DNA of 64,000 bases. Source: Podarcis melisellensis (taxonomy: Eukaryota). The stretch lies in assembly GCA_964234715.1 (NCBI GenBank), contig OZ174280.1. One strand, 5' to 3'. Made by a program: the position numbers and the translations under genes. Positions within the stretch are counted from its first letter, which is position 1. The number at the start of each line of letters is the position of its first letter. Positions 39,401-52,999 of the stretch are shown in pieces. The notes under the pieces were generated by a model. It did no database searches, was not told the DNA's origin, and was given only the letters and a program-made list of their open reading frames with translations.

Positions 39401-42400
39401 GTAGGGAAGCCTGGGGGATTTTCCTCTTTTGTGAGTCATATAGGATGCCATGCTCTGGGATGAATAACAGTGAATTTCATGTTCGATAGTCTGCTGAAAT
39501 AAACCTTGAACACCATTACCCATAGACCTTTACAATAGTTTCCCCCATGTGGTTTCTTCCAAAATCACCAAGTTGCTCACTTCTGCTTTATCTAAAAGGA
39601 GTTTACAGAAAACAAAACAAAAAAACTGACAAATTCTACTGAGAAAAGAAGTCATGATAGTGTGAATGATACTGGAAATATTTAGGAGGCATCTACTCTC
39701 GTTTGGTCCTTGTGATTTGCTTTGTAAATTGGAAGAGGATTTCTGCAGATTCCTGCGATTGGTGGGAATGGATCTGCCTTAATTATTGATTGTCATGCCA
39801 GAGGCAGGAGAAAGATTGGAGCCTAGTGGAAGCTAGAACCATATGCATGCTTGGGGATGCTGTGTAAGCAACCTTCACTAGTTCTGCTCTGCCAGAATGT
39901 TCTAATGCTGATTGACAGCTGTGCTTCACATCCCACTGGACTCTGCCCACAAAGAAGCTGCCAATTACCCAGGAATGCTATACTGCTGCTAGGTTGGAAT
40001 CCACCTCCTTTGTAACCTTCCCAGGCATTCTTTCTAGATTATAATCCAACCTGGATTGACAGTAGCATCTCTAAGCCCATCTGTTCCTGTTTTATTGACA
40101 TTTTAAGATCTCAGTGTGTAGTTTAATAGCCAAGGAAAGACTAGATAGAAGGGAGGTTGCCTCCCACTCGCTAGTAAGGCACACAACTGAGCCTCCATTG
40201 ATCACCTTGCCTCTGTTCTTCCCCTCTACATAATGAGAACTACAGTTTGATTTGCAGCACATCTGAAGAGTATTTGCAACCAGACTGGAAGAGAGAAACC
40301 ACCAAAGTGATGCTACAGAGGCAGGCACAGCATAAGGGCAACAAACACTGGATACTGTCTGAGTCTTCACAGCCTTAGTGTGGGAGCTGCTCCTGCCACC
40401 ACCCCTTCTGACCAGCAGAAACAATCTATTCTGCTTGCACAGTGCAGTACTTAGGCAACGTATTGTGGCTGGAGGACAATTTGTTGAGGCTAGGTCATTA
40501 ATAGGGCAACCTAGGGCAGGAAGAAGGCAAGCATTTTTTTGGAAATGAAACAGTGGAAACTGAGTGAAGAACTAAGGCAGCAGCCTCACTTTTGCACCTT
40601 TGTGCCCTGTAACCAATCTCGAACTGTTGCTGCATCAACGTACCAATAGGAAAGAAAAGGTTCATCAGCTTAGTGTCTGTGTTGGCCTTAGGGAGATGCA
40701 TATCTCTGCTCAGTCATAAGAGTGACATTTGGCTGAGTCGTCTTGTGGAATCAGAAGTGCTCTGATTTCCGATCCTCTTTTTGAGTAACCTACCCCTGGG
40801 GAAGGGGCTTGCCTACAGCCTTTCTTCAAATCGGCTTGGTTTTGTGTGGAGATGGGGGGGGGGGAGAGATTTTCATTGCCATTCATCCTGTGGCTAGGCT
40901 AGAAGAGACCCCTCTCTGATACATTGTCGAGTAACCTTTTCTCTTCCCCTGCCGCTAGAATAGTAAACAGCAGCTTTCAAAAAGGGCGAGAGGTTTTCTC
41001 GATAGCTCTTTGCTGAATGAACTAAAGCGCTTATCGGCAGATTCACAAGCCGTGTTCTTTCTTCCCAAGCATGGTCTTGACAGGTCTTTTTACGGCCACA
41101 AAGGAGATAGCTGGGGTCTGATGTCTGAGAGATATGTCAGGGAATGCTGTTCTGGTGGAGATTCACTCTAATTCTAACCACTGCTCAAGCATGCACCTGA
41201 AGGTGGCTTAGGTAATCGGAGGTAGTTGTAGGAGTATCTTGCTTGGTTCTCACTGGAGTGGATGGCAGAGGTGGTTTCTGCATGCTACTGAATTCTTTCA
41301 GCCCTTCTGCATGAATTCCTTCCAGTCTCATTCCTGTTCCTCGTGCTTGCCTATCTGTGCATTTCAACCTTCCCACCCTTGTTTTTTGTCAAGATTTTAT
41401 GTAGCAGCAGCTTTCCCATACCTGGCCTCTTTCCTGTCTGGCGCATGTCAAGTCAATTAATTATTGCCGTGCACGAGCCTGTTTTTGTTACTACTCAAGC
41501 TTGCTTTTCTTTGAGACCAGTTTGGTTGGTGAGCGGGTGGGAAGTTGGTTGGTCCCTGGAATAAAACACAACAAATGAACAAACCTCTTCATGTACTGGC
41601 TCAATACCATGTTCATTGTGGGGGGGAGAACAAGTCCTGCCTCTTGCCGATCAGAACCAGGCTGCGTTGGACAACCACCCCATCATGTTGATCCATTGCC
41701 ATGTCCATTAAATACCAGGGTATTCTCATAACTCTGTTAGAGCACTGATTTGCTTTAATTTCTGTCTTGTTTGGGGGTGCACTCCCCTGTCAGGCAGGGA
41801 GCAAGCCTTTCACTGGTGACCATGCACACAATTATTGATCTGAGATTGAACAATTGATTAAAAGGAACAACCCACTAGATTATAGATTTAGACATTTGAT
41901 AACATGCACATTATCATTATGGGAGGGCCCCTTAAAAAAAGCTGGTGAGGAGCTGATGAGCTCTGCTTTGTCACTGTTGACAGCATTGTCTAATTTATCC
42001 CCAAACCCTCACTCTGTTGTACATTCTAATGTGGGGGCTTCTGTGTTCAGTCTATTTCTGTGAGTCTGCTGGTTTGGGAATGAATCATCAAAGAGAGCTC
42101 AAGCGAAATTTGATTAGGGGAAGTGTCAGGCTGAGCCGAGTCTTGTCAGCCTGTCTGTCAGCAGCTGCCCCTTTTCTAACGAGATTTTGTGGTGCTGGAG
42201 ATGACGCAGGAGGCGGCCCAGCATGAGGCAGTCCCAGTGGGCTTTAGCCCCTGAGCAGGTCTCTCCCATCTTGCTAACAAATAGTCCACCCCACTGCTTT
42301 CCAGCTAACCCTGTCCCTCTGCATTGCAGCTCTTCACTACTCTGCCAGCCCTGACTCTGTGGACTGGAGAGGCTGTGATATTAAATGTGTAGTGACATCT

Positions 42401-43389
42401 CCATTCCAGAAAAGCAGGCTTCCCAGAAGAGACACATTGCACCCTCCCTCCCACACTTTTAATTTTTTATTTTATTGTATGTATTTGAAATGAGTTTGCC
42501 CAGAGGAGACAAAGATTTACTATGTTCAGTTGTGTTCCTCTATCCCTCCTTAAATTGGCCCATAACACTGGCCTTAAAGAAGGGTCCTGATTTCTCAGCG
42601 TCATTTCCCTGACTGATGTGTGTACAGCAAACAGCTGGGGCACTTTAGCCCATCTAATGGTTTGTCTACAAAATAACCCAAGTGAGACTTTTATATGAAT
42701 AGATGCTGTGTGATGAAATAAGGAGTGTTCTTTCTCCTGGAGCACATTCCCAATGGGAGAGAAGACCCTGTCACCCAGGCCCTCTGCTGTCACTTGGATC
42801 TGATCTCCTGTCTATTAGGATGAAGCTCCTACCCAGCAAGGTGTTCTGATCCGGCTGTGAGGTGCCCCAGGCTCACTGCTGAATCTTGCACAGGAACACT
42901 GTTTTAGCTAGCAGTAATGCATGCAGTAATTTAAAAATAAAACCCTGTAGCTGCCCCTGCAAGATAGGTTTGTCCTGCAGGTTGCTTTGCTGTGAAACCT
43001 ACCAGTAGTAGCTTATTCCACCTTGCAGAGGTTCTGCACACCCTATGGACAGGGAGTGAACATATTTTCTAATTAGTGGATACATTTGAAACAAGGAGAC
43101 ATTTTAGAGTCCGTAATGTAACTTAGTTGAGAGAACAATAATGGTGGCAGTCCTATAGTTGAGCTCCTGCCGAAAACACCAGTGGCTCAAAGGGAGAACC
43201 TTGGGTATGAAATTTGGCAGAGCAGTGAACAGCTCTTGTTCAGAATTCTTTTTTTCTTTTCTTCTTTTCTGGATTGATTTGCTACTACTTAGGAGAAATG
43301 TTGATCCTTCCCCCACCCCTTGGGTATGGAGCAAGTGAATATCAATGGTCTAGGCTGTGACCCTACTAGTTGTCTATTCCTTGTTTCAG

Positions 43390-43659
43390 TGCGGCGAGTG
43401 TCCCCTCGATTTTCAATCCCTCCAAGTAACCATGAGGTGATGCCTGGAGGGAGCGTGAATCTCACATGTGTAGCAGTGGGGTCCCCAATGCCCTACGTGA
43501 AGTGGATTGTTGGAGACGTGGAGCTGACGAAAGAAGATGACATGCCAATGGGCAGGAATGTTTTAGAGTTGACCAACATCACACAGTCGGCCAACTACAC
43601 TTGCGAAGCCATGTCCTCACTGGGGGTAATCCATGCAACAGCTCAGATCACTGTCAAAG
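43390..43659 (+). CDS. PTPRF: PTPRF exon, Ig3 ([27 protein letters not shown]...ATAQITVK), 270 nt
   Basis: tgtttcag acceptor and G|gtaaga donor, inside ORF 43320..43751. Confidence 0.97.
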
Positions 43660-44948
43660 GTAAGAATGGTATCCTATACCTCTGCATGGTACCAGGTAGC
43701 AGAATGGGGTACACTTGTGACATAAGCCCTACTCAGTCATTATTGGTGTGAATGGGGAACCTGAGTACAAAGATGCTGTGGAGCCTCACCATTAGCCCTG
43801 TCCCCATTGTTGCACAGGTCTTTCCAGCTTCTCGTATGTTCACGGCAAACATCTGTAGCAGGGAGTCTGCTGTACATGTGTAGACTTTTAAGACACATCA
43901 CGTGTGCCTCCCCCCCACCCCACCCCGTCTCTGTTACCCAACATTTATCTCCCAGGGTTTTCTTATTTGTTTTCTTGTAAAATAGAGGCTTACTTACAGT
44001 GCATAAATGGAATGGCCAAACATCAGAATTATAGAGCAAGTCTCTGGGAGAAATAATAAGGCCTCTCCACTGTCATTCAAGAGCCCTGCCCAAGAGCTAA
44101 TATTTGTTTGGTTTGTGCATGTATCTGGATGGTGTGAAATGGCATCCAGGACAGCACATCTCTGTCAGGTCACTTGAAAAAGCTTTGTGGGAGCACCTGT
44201 CTTTCAGTTCTGTTACCTTACTAAACATCCTATAACCTAATGTGATTTCAGTATTTACATTAATACAGCTCCAGAGGGTGATCATTATGGAAGTCAGGGA
44301 GTCTCTCAATCTTTTCTTCATGATCATAAATGTTTTCCTTGTGCCTAGCCAGTACATAGAAGGATCCCAAGATAGTAGAACACAGTACTGATCACAAATT
44401 TATCTTTTTTGGATAAATGGCTGATGTGATCAGTTGTGCTAGAGTAGTTCTGCTTTCTTGTTAATGCTGGGAACTTTCATAACAGGATTGGCTTCCTTAA
44501 TATCCCACCACAAAAATATGCTTGCCACAAGTCCCTGCAGTCCGCATATTCTTGCTGTTGCAGCAACAGTAGACATGGAACTACTTTTGCCCCGGTATAC
44601 TTTCCGAAAAGGCCATGAACCTGGCTTCCTAAAGTGTACCTCAGCTGAATAACCCTTTCTGCTTTAGAAAACCTGACTTGGTTCCTTGTTTAAATTACCT
44701 TTATTTAGCCAGCTGCCAGCAAGTGCTTTGAGCACATCTAATAACATGATTGCTGTGTTTACTCTTCCATTAAGAAGCACTTCAAGCAATATATGGTAAT
44801 GTGTAATATAAAAATGTACGTTCTTGACTATGAAATGATTTCTGCCTTTAAAGGAAAATGTTAGCAAGCATCTAAGCCTCCTTTATAGCTCTGCATATTA
44901 CAGCATTTGCACTAATCAAATTACTGACATTGTGCTTTTTGCTTTCAG

Positions 44949-45530
44949 CTCTTCCAAAACCTCCAATGGAGCCATTAGTAACGGAGACGACAGCTACCAG
45001 TGTGACTCTCACCTGGGACTCAGGAAATGCTGACCCTATCTCCTACTATGTCATCCAATATAAGTCCAAGTCATTAGAGGGCACTTTCCGAGAAGTAGAT
45101 GGTGTGGCAACCACCCGCTATAGCATTGGTGGCCTAAGCCCCTTCTCAGAATATGAGTTCCGCATTATTGCTGTAAACAACATTGGCAGGAGTCCCCCTA
45201 GTGAGTTGGTGGATGCACGGACAGGAGAGCAAGCTCCATCAAGCCCACCCCTCAAAGTGAAGGCACGGATGCTGAGTTCCAGCACCATGCTGGTCCAATG
45301 GGAACAACCTGAAGAGCCCAATGGGATGATCCGTGGCTATAGAGTGTACTACACCATTGATCCCCACCTACCACTCAGCAAGTGGCAGAAACACAACACT
45401 GATGATCATCATCTCACCACTGTAGGAAGTTTGATAAATGGGGCCACCTATAGTATTCGTGTCTTGGCTTTCACCTCAGTAGGAGATGGACCCCCTTCTG
45501 ATGCCATCCAGATAAAAGCCCAACAGGGTG
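44949..45530 (+). CDS. PTPRF: PTPRF exon, FNIII-1 and FNIII-2 (ALPKPP...IQIKAQQG), 582 nt
   Basis: gctttcag acceptor and G|gtatgt donor. Contains the LAR-type motif [21 protein letters not shown]. Confidence 0.97.
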
Positions 45531-45918
45531 GTATGTATGTTTTGTGTGAGCTCTATTCCTTCTCTGTCCTACTGTTTCCAAGAGCTAATATTTTGAGCTG
45601 AGGTTGAGGTGTGATCCAGAGACTTTAGGGATTTGGTAGGCAATTTGACCTTTTCAAATAGGTGTTCCAGCAGCACTCTGTTGCCAGCGTAGTTAACAGT
45701 TGACTTAAGCATAGTTGTGGATACTTTGGTTAATCACTAGTTTGAGAAAGAACATAGTTGTCTTTGTTTGAACCTGGAGCTTAGGAGAATGTGTTAAGAT
45801 TGTGTTTATGACAATGCTGTTGTTGAAGTGCGTTGATGATAGGGCTTGCACCTTGAAATTTTCTAAAGCTGCTCTGGAGTCCCCTCCCACAACTGACTCT
45901 TGTTTTATTGGTTTCCAG

Positions 45919-46052
45919 TTCCATCTCAGCCAGCTGATTTCCAAGCTGAGGCAGAGTCTGACACACGGATCATGCTGACCTGGCAGCCAGCACCTCAAGA
46001 ACGTGTCACCAAGTATGAGTTGGTGTATTGGGAAGAGACAGATGGGATCCAG
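45919..46052 (+). CDS. PTPRF: PTPRF exon, first half of FNIII-3 (VPSQPADFQAEAESDTRI...YWEETDGIQ), 134 nt, phase 1-0
   Basis: gtttccag acceptor and CAG|gtgagg donor. Matches LAR VPAQPADFQAEVESDTRI as recalled. Confidence 0.96.
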
Positions 46053-46733
46053 GTGAGGGACAACATGACCCATTGGTGGTTAAAGACCTATGCCAAAGTA
46101 GCCTATGGGTATGGGGCACTTATTTTTATATCTGTTGGAGTTAGGCCCAGTATGATTGTTGTGGGAAATGGCATTTGCATGACTAGATATTTGTGCATCT
46201 GTGAGAATTCTGCAATCCAAATCCCATTGGATTATGAACCTATACCAGAGTCTCACCTCCCTATGATAGCTGCAAGAGCTCCTGCTCCTGCAAGAGCAAC
46301 AGTAAGTTTTATTGCCACATAATAGTAGGATCAGGTCCCAGAGGTTATCTGGCCTTGAGCTATTAGGTGGTAGCTCTGAAGTGAAGACCTATCACAGCTT
46401 GTCTTCTATATATGCTAATTTACTCGCACTTATGTCAACACATACTTCATTAGCCAAAAGCATGCAGTGTCTGGGAAATGAAAGTGATTTTTTTCTCACG
46501 GCTGTAATGAGAATGCACAACATCTGTGGGGAAGTGAAATCATCTCCTTTAAATAATGGCTTTCAGGGTTACATAGGATGAGCATAGATTGCTCTATTGC
46601 ATGATTCCTAGTATGCAGTACTGGTAGGCATCCACAGCCAAGAGTCCAATACTCAGGTGTCAATAGCTATGTTATTCCCTCCCTCCCCCCCCCCATCTGA
46701 GTAAAAGAAAAACTTGCCTCTTGCCTTTTCTAG

Positions 46734-46878
46734 CATAAGGTGGACTTTGACCAGACCTCATCATATGCACTCGAAGGGCTCAAGCCGGACACACTCTACA
46801 AGTTCCAGCTGGCAGCCCGCTCTGAGCTGGGCCTAGGGGTCTATACCCCAGTTTTGGAAGCTCGAACAGCACAGTCCA
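46734..46878 (+). CDS. PTPRF: PTPRF exon, second half of FNIII-3 (HKVDFDQTSSYALEGLKPDTLYKFQLAARS...EARTAQS), 145 nt, phase 0-1
   Basis: ccttttctag acceptor and A|gtaagt donor. My own translation matches LAR HKVTFDPTSSYTLEDLKPDTLY as recalled. Confidence 0.96.
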
Positions 46879-49109
46879 GTAAGTGTCTCTGTTTGGTTGA
46901 GAGTGAGTGAGGGACAAAATCTTATTGCACTTTTGTATGAGAGTTAATGGAGAGGTTGGAACCAGTAGCAAGAGAAATGTGGAGAGGACAGGCCAGCTGT
47001 GGCTCTGATGCAGGGGCCATTTCCCAGGGTAAGTCTTGTCCCATTGTCCTTCAGTCCATGCTTTCCCCTTTCAACAGGTGGACTCACAGATATGCTGGGC
47101 AAAGGGAATAGGTGGGAGAAGCTGATGAGATTTATTCCCTGTATCTCTGTGAGTTTACTGGCACATCCTCTTCCCCATGCAATTCAGTTGTAGTGGGTGT
47201 TTGATATCTGCACCTCGTGCATGCACCTTCCTGCTGTGCATGTACCTCATACCCCAGTCAGAGACACCATTGCTCGCCTTTTCCCTGCCCCTTCCAGACA
47301 ATCATCTCTGTACAAGAGGAGGGATGCACACATTGCATTACTGCTACACCGCAGGCATTTGCAAGCCTGGAAGAATTAACTTGGGGGGGTGGTGGGATCT
47401 TTGCAAGTAGATTGAATGATTAATAGCTTCTTAAGGGGATGTGTGCTGAGTGAGGTGTGTGGTGCATGTGGATGCTTGACTTTTATGGAGTGGAAGGAGG
47501 AAGAAGACTGCTGCGTGGGTTTTGCTCCAAGGCTTTGAAGGCTTGAGGCAAACAGTGAAGTAAGTCAGAAGGCCAGATAAAGAGGTGACCCAAGCTGGAT
47601 CACTTTCATTCTCTTCTGAGCCCATGTGCTGGTGGAGTAGGAGACCAATGCACCTTTATTGGCAGCTCAAAGTGCTGCACATAAGCAGATTAAAGCTATC
47701 AAAGAGCTCTGAGATAAGCTTGTTTTCACTAACGATTTTGGGGCTTGCTTTTATGCAAAAAGCATTAAAGGGGAAAAGTGAGACATTTTCATTTGTGCCA
47801 TCTGTCAAGGATTTAGTGGCTGTGTGGGGCAAGCAATAGCGGAGGCAGCAGCCGCCCTCTCTGTGTGGAGCCAGAGAGTGCCTGGGATGAATCAGGGTGG
47901 GGAAGAGCTGCTCCACTTATGATTGGAATGACCTTTCCTCCTTTCATTAGCACATCAATCATAAGAATTCCAACAGTCCTGTTTAACTTGCTCTTTAGCT
48001 AATGGGATCTTGGTGCCAGGACGATTGGACAAAAATATATGAAACAATATTCAGAGGGAGGCATCATAAATATTTTACATTGGGGGACACAAACTGAATG
48101 TGGATACTATTAATTGTTCTGTTAGCAGCTACTGATGGAGCATGTGTACTGATATGCCTTGTTAGTATGATGGCTGGGCAAGTGCCCAGTCATGGCCTAA
48201 CAGACAAATATCAGAAGCAAATAGTAATGCAGATATCTCCAACCTGTGACTCATGCATAGCTCTGTGTAGCTGGGCCATGTTAGGAGTCTGTGCAAAGAA
48301 TTTAAAGTCCAGCAATTAAAGGAAGGCTAATCCTGATGTTGTGCCATTTTAGCCATTCATGGATTCTAGTCCACAGGTAAAGGAATAAACCTCTCTTCAC
48401 ACCTCCCAGGTGAGGGGTGAAGGCATGTAGTTCCAAAGCACGTTTCCCTATGAAATGTAACATTTGGAGCATGAATTAAGTGGCTATGATCACTGGGAAA
48501 CCTGTTCTAATGAGCCTATCGGTAGGAATTCTAAAACTTACCTTTCCTTGAACAATGTCTGAAAACAGCTTTTTTTGCAGACCTGAAGTGTTGTGAGAAA
48601 CCTGTAGAATCCAAGTTTCTGCTAATTGATGGAAAAGTTAAGGGGATTGCATGCCTCAAGACCAATTTCTGTTGAACATTTTTCTCATCTAGTCTTGCTT
48701 TTTTGCCATCACAGATTGCATGTGGAGGTGGTGAAGCATCTGAGTTTAACATAGGGCCATATGCTGATTTAGCAAACTACCAAGCTATATTTCTAAAGTT
48801 TTCCCAGTAGTATACTAAATGGTCTCTGGGGACAGAAGCAAGGGAGATCTCTCTGACACAGAACTCCCATGATACTGATCCTTCTCAGCAATGTTTCATA
48901 CTATAAAAAGATAGGTGCTCTGGCTCCATCCCTGGCTATATCTCCTAGTTCCAGGTGTCTGTTCTTTAGCTTTTATGAAGGAATATAACTGCATATACTC
49001 CAGGCTAAACTATATATTACACTAGTCATAGTCACCCATGTGTCATGTTAGCCATTAGTCCCTTCCTCATGGAAGGACAGCTTAGCAGTGGGAAATGGAT
49101 AGAGTAGGA

Positions 49110-49232
49110 GTAGCCAACACCATGCCTTTCAGATGCTTTGGGCCCAAACTCACATCAACCCCAGCCAGCATGACCAATGGTCAGGGATTATCAGAGTTGT
49201 AGTCCACAACATACAGAGGAGACCACATTGGA
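49110..49232. repeat. Short DNA-transposon-derived repeat (related copy at about 25385-25470)
   Basis: Both loci share ccatca.ccccagc.agcat..ccaatggt.agg.at.at..ga.tt.tagt.ca.aacat. Confidence 0.55.
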
Positions 49233-51079
49233 CACAGTGCTTTACCTTTCAAGTTGTTTTCCCCACCCAACCCCAATGGAGTTCAAGGTTTGTGCTAGCA
49301 AGGTAAACACATTCAGTGAAACAGACAAGCGGTGGGGTGGAGTTTGAGGGAAAGACAGCTAACAAGGGAAGCAACTCAGGCAGGGCATGATTTTTGAGAA
49401 CTTGGGATCCAAGGCTGCACCCTGGCTCAAATGAAAACTTGAAGCCATTTTTTTTCTGTTTTAGAAGAATAGTTTGCAAAGGCAGATATGGGGAATCCTG
49501 ACCTTAATTGTTGAACAGCCCAAATAAGATGCTCCTCTAATCACACATAGGATCTATGTCCTTTGATACGTTATCTCTGGGGAAAGTGCTGCCGCTCCTA
49601 GCATTTTACTTGAGGATAATATCATGTTGAGAAGATCAGTCATCTGGTACTAAACATAGAAACATTGAAATTAGGTTACCCAGTGCTCATCACACAAGTA
49701 GCCATTCTCATAAGCATGATTTAGAGGCCCTTACATCTCCAGGGAGGGCATAACCTGAGAATAGTGAATGGGTTCATTTTGCCTCTGAGAATATTTGTGT
49801 GTGTCATGGTTCAAAATGTGTGGTGTGTGTGTGTGTGGTGTGCGTGTGCGCGTGCACGTGCATGTTGGTGTGCATTTCTTTCTCATGTACTTTTCCCATG
49901 TATTTTGCTTGTGTTGCTGTGTTTTATTTTGTCCTCTGATGTTAAGCTGCAGCTTATTATTGGCACTATTCAGGTGTGACTCTTACCCAGCCATCAGTAG
50001 ATGTGGGAAATCACTGTGTCTCATGTTTTGATCCATTTATTATGCTTGCTGATAGTTCTTCTTCTTCTAGTTGCTGAGAGCTTTGTCAAGTGAGGCCTGT
50101 TCTCCAAAATCTCCAAATTCATTAGTAAAAGGATTGTTTCCAGTTAATTTAGGCTCTCTTCTTGTCTGCTTCTCATACCCCGTTTATCCTTCTTGGGTTA
50201 TACCTATATTCACTTTGTCTACTTTCCTGTATTGCCTTGGCTTTCTTTCTTTACTCTCTACCTTTCAGTTCCACCTCAGCAGTGTTGTTTGTAGTACTTT
50301 TTTTACCTCTTTAGGAACCTTCCTCATAGCCTTAGGAGCCTCCAGTTCTGGGCCCTGCTCCCAGGTTTGGAGCAATATGTCAGATGCAAAGAATCCAATT
50401 TTCCAGGATTGCTTGCTTGCCAGTTAGTGTACAGTCAGATTGTCCTCAGAAGATGTATACTCCAATAGCCTTCCTCAGCTTGAGCATCATCAGGTTATTC
50501 AAGGAACAAAACAACACTGTCCTTACTTTTCTTCTTGGTTTCAATAATTTTCATACTTCAGATCCTTCCTTCTTGATTCCTGCTCTCCTATTCTCATCTG
50601 TTACTTATCCTATTCATCTCACATCTGTCTAAGTCTTGTACTTTCTAGTTCTCTCTTCTTTTTAGGCAACCTCTACAGAGGAGGCTAGGGGAGAATTAGC
50701 TGTGGGGTCTCAGAGCGGGTAATCTTCATAAAAGGGGATGGGGAGGGAAGAGAAGGAAAATAATAGATCAGGCTCAATTCAAATTAAAGGCCAGGCGGAA
50801 TAGCATATCTGCTTGCCAGATGGAATAATACCACTTCTACTCCCCCCCCCCCACTGCACCCAGTTCTGGGGGTTCACCCAATCCCCCAGAGTAGTTGGTG
50901 GGGTGCACAGGTGAATGAGAGGGAATAGCCAGATGGCTATTCAATTGAATCGGGCCTAGTGGGTTTTGTTCTATGTTTATTGAGGCTCTGTTGGCTGGGT
51001 AAGAGCTCCCTGTAAAGTATGTATTTTGCCCAATCATTTCCCCTCATCTCCCCACTTGCTTCATTTTATTTATCCCTAG

Positions 51080-51385
51080 CCCCTTCTGCCCCACCCCAAG
51101 AGGTCGTGTGTGTAAGCACCAGCTCCACCTCTATCCGGGTAAGTTGGGTACCACCACCGGCTCAGAGCCGCAATGGAGTCATCACACAGTATTCTATCGC
51201 ATACCAAGCGGTGGAAGGAGAGGACACCAGCAAGCGTGTGGTTGAGGGCATTGGACACGAGCATTCAAGCTGGGAGATCAACAGCCTGGAGAAATGGACA
51301 GAGTACAAAGTGTGGGTGAGGGCTCACACAGACGTGGGTCCTGGGCCAGAGAGCATCCCGGTCTGGGTTCGCACTGATGAAGACG
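51080..51385 (+). CDS. PTPRF: PTPRF exon, FNIII-4 (TPSAPPQEVVCVS...VRTDED), 306 nt, symmetric phase 1-1
   Basis: tatccctag acceptor and G|gtaggt donor. Contains LEKWTEYKVWVRAHTDVGPGPES. Confidence 0.97.
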
Positions 51386-52999
51386 GTAGGTTCCCGACCC
51401 ATGACTGAAGGTAACAAGGGCTCTTTTGGGTCCTGCCAAAGGAATAGCATTTGTAGTGCTGTTCTCGGCTCTACAGAAAGGGGGGGGGGTCTAAATGTAG
51501 TCAATAAGAATGATGGGGTTAATATGTATGAAATATAATCAAAATGCCTGCTTCCTACATGAATCTGTTCCTCTTCTCTATCACATGGGCAAAGCAGCTC
51601 TCTTATCAAGGACATTCTGAAGCAAAAATTGCATTGTTATGGCTAGTCTGTCAGATATGTCATGCCAGCTTAAATCTCTTCTGTAGAAAGTGCCAGTCCT
51701 TGCACTGTCAGAAGGCGCTTCCCAGGCTGCATCCTTGCCTCAGAGACCAAAAAGGGCACAGAGAGACAAATAGAAAAAGGGAGCCACTCAGTAAACTGAG
51801 AGCAGGCATACTTCAGTTGTACCACCCATGTTGTGCCGTTGCTTGCACCACTGCAACCCTGTAAAGCCTTGCATAGCAATGTTCATTGCCTACTTCTGAA
51901 GCTTGCTTGCACATCTGTATGCCCTGCTGCCTGAATTGTTTGCTTCAGTTCTCATTTAGCAAAGCCTTAGCCGGAGGGACACTGCTACCCTAGAAATGTC
52001 GCAGCAAGCTCTCTGCATAAGTTTGAGGTCCGTACAGTTGGCTCTTCCAGCTAAGCTCTCTGTCAGGATTGGTTTTAAAACCTGATGCACTCATTTTTCA
52101 TAGGTGGTAGCACAAAAAGGGGGTAAGAGTGCTTTTTGAATCTTGAAATATTACTGGTAGCTAATATACCCTCCTCATAATTGGGGTGACCTCCATTGAC
52201 CCAACAATTCAGTCCCTTGGCAGTTGCTGTTAGCTTAAGACTCTGCCCTTTATCGGCAGGTATAGGTAAGTCTCGTGATTTCTGTGCCTTGACGGAACCG
52301 TCACAAGCACTTTCCCAGCCATGTCTAACTGTTGGAGCAGAAGGGGAGTGTTGTCCAGTTACTACACTGCAATGTAGTTTGCTTTCCACTTATTTTTCGG
52401 ATGAGGAATAACCATCAGGGAAAGACACACCATTTTGCAGTTTATGGAGAAAGATGGAATGAGGTCCATGATCCCCTTTCTCATTCACCGATTAGGCTTG
52501 CCTCCTCCCCCTGCTAATATATGTATCTTTCCCCTCTGTGCTCCTCTTCAAGTAATTATCTGCAATTAAGAGTGAGATCTGTGGAAACAACCAGTTGCCA
52601 GAGGGTGAGCGGCTGCCTTGCCTGCCTGCCGAGTGTCTGCATAGAACAGTCCTTACAGGTTCCATCCAGTTCTCTGCCCCCAATTAACCTTGTTTTGCAC
52701 TAGCAAATGGGACACAGTGTGTTTACAGGGGCTGTGGATTTGCCCTGCAATAACAGAATTCTGGTCTTACTTTTTTCAAGCAAATTCTGAGTAGCAATAC
52801 AGCAAGGATACTCTCTGGAGGGAACACTGCTCTCAGAGATCATTCTATAAGCTGAATGGCTAGCCAAGAATATGACTCTCCTAGGACTGCCTTCCTCCCT
52901 CATTACCAGCCTCCCACTTTAGGCTATAGAGCAGCTGACCTTAAAGCAATTTTAATAAATTTAATAAATTTTCATCAGTGGCAGCATTTGGACACAGTA

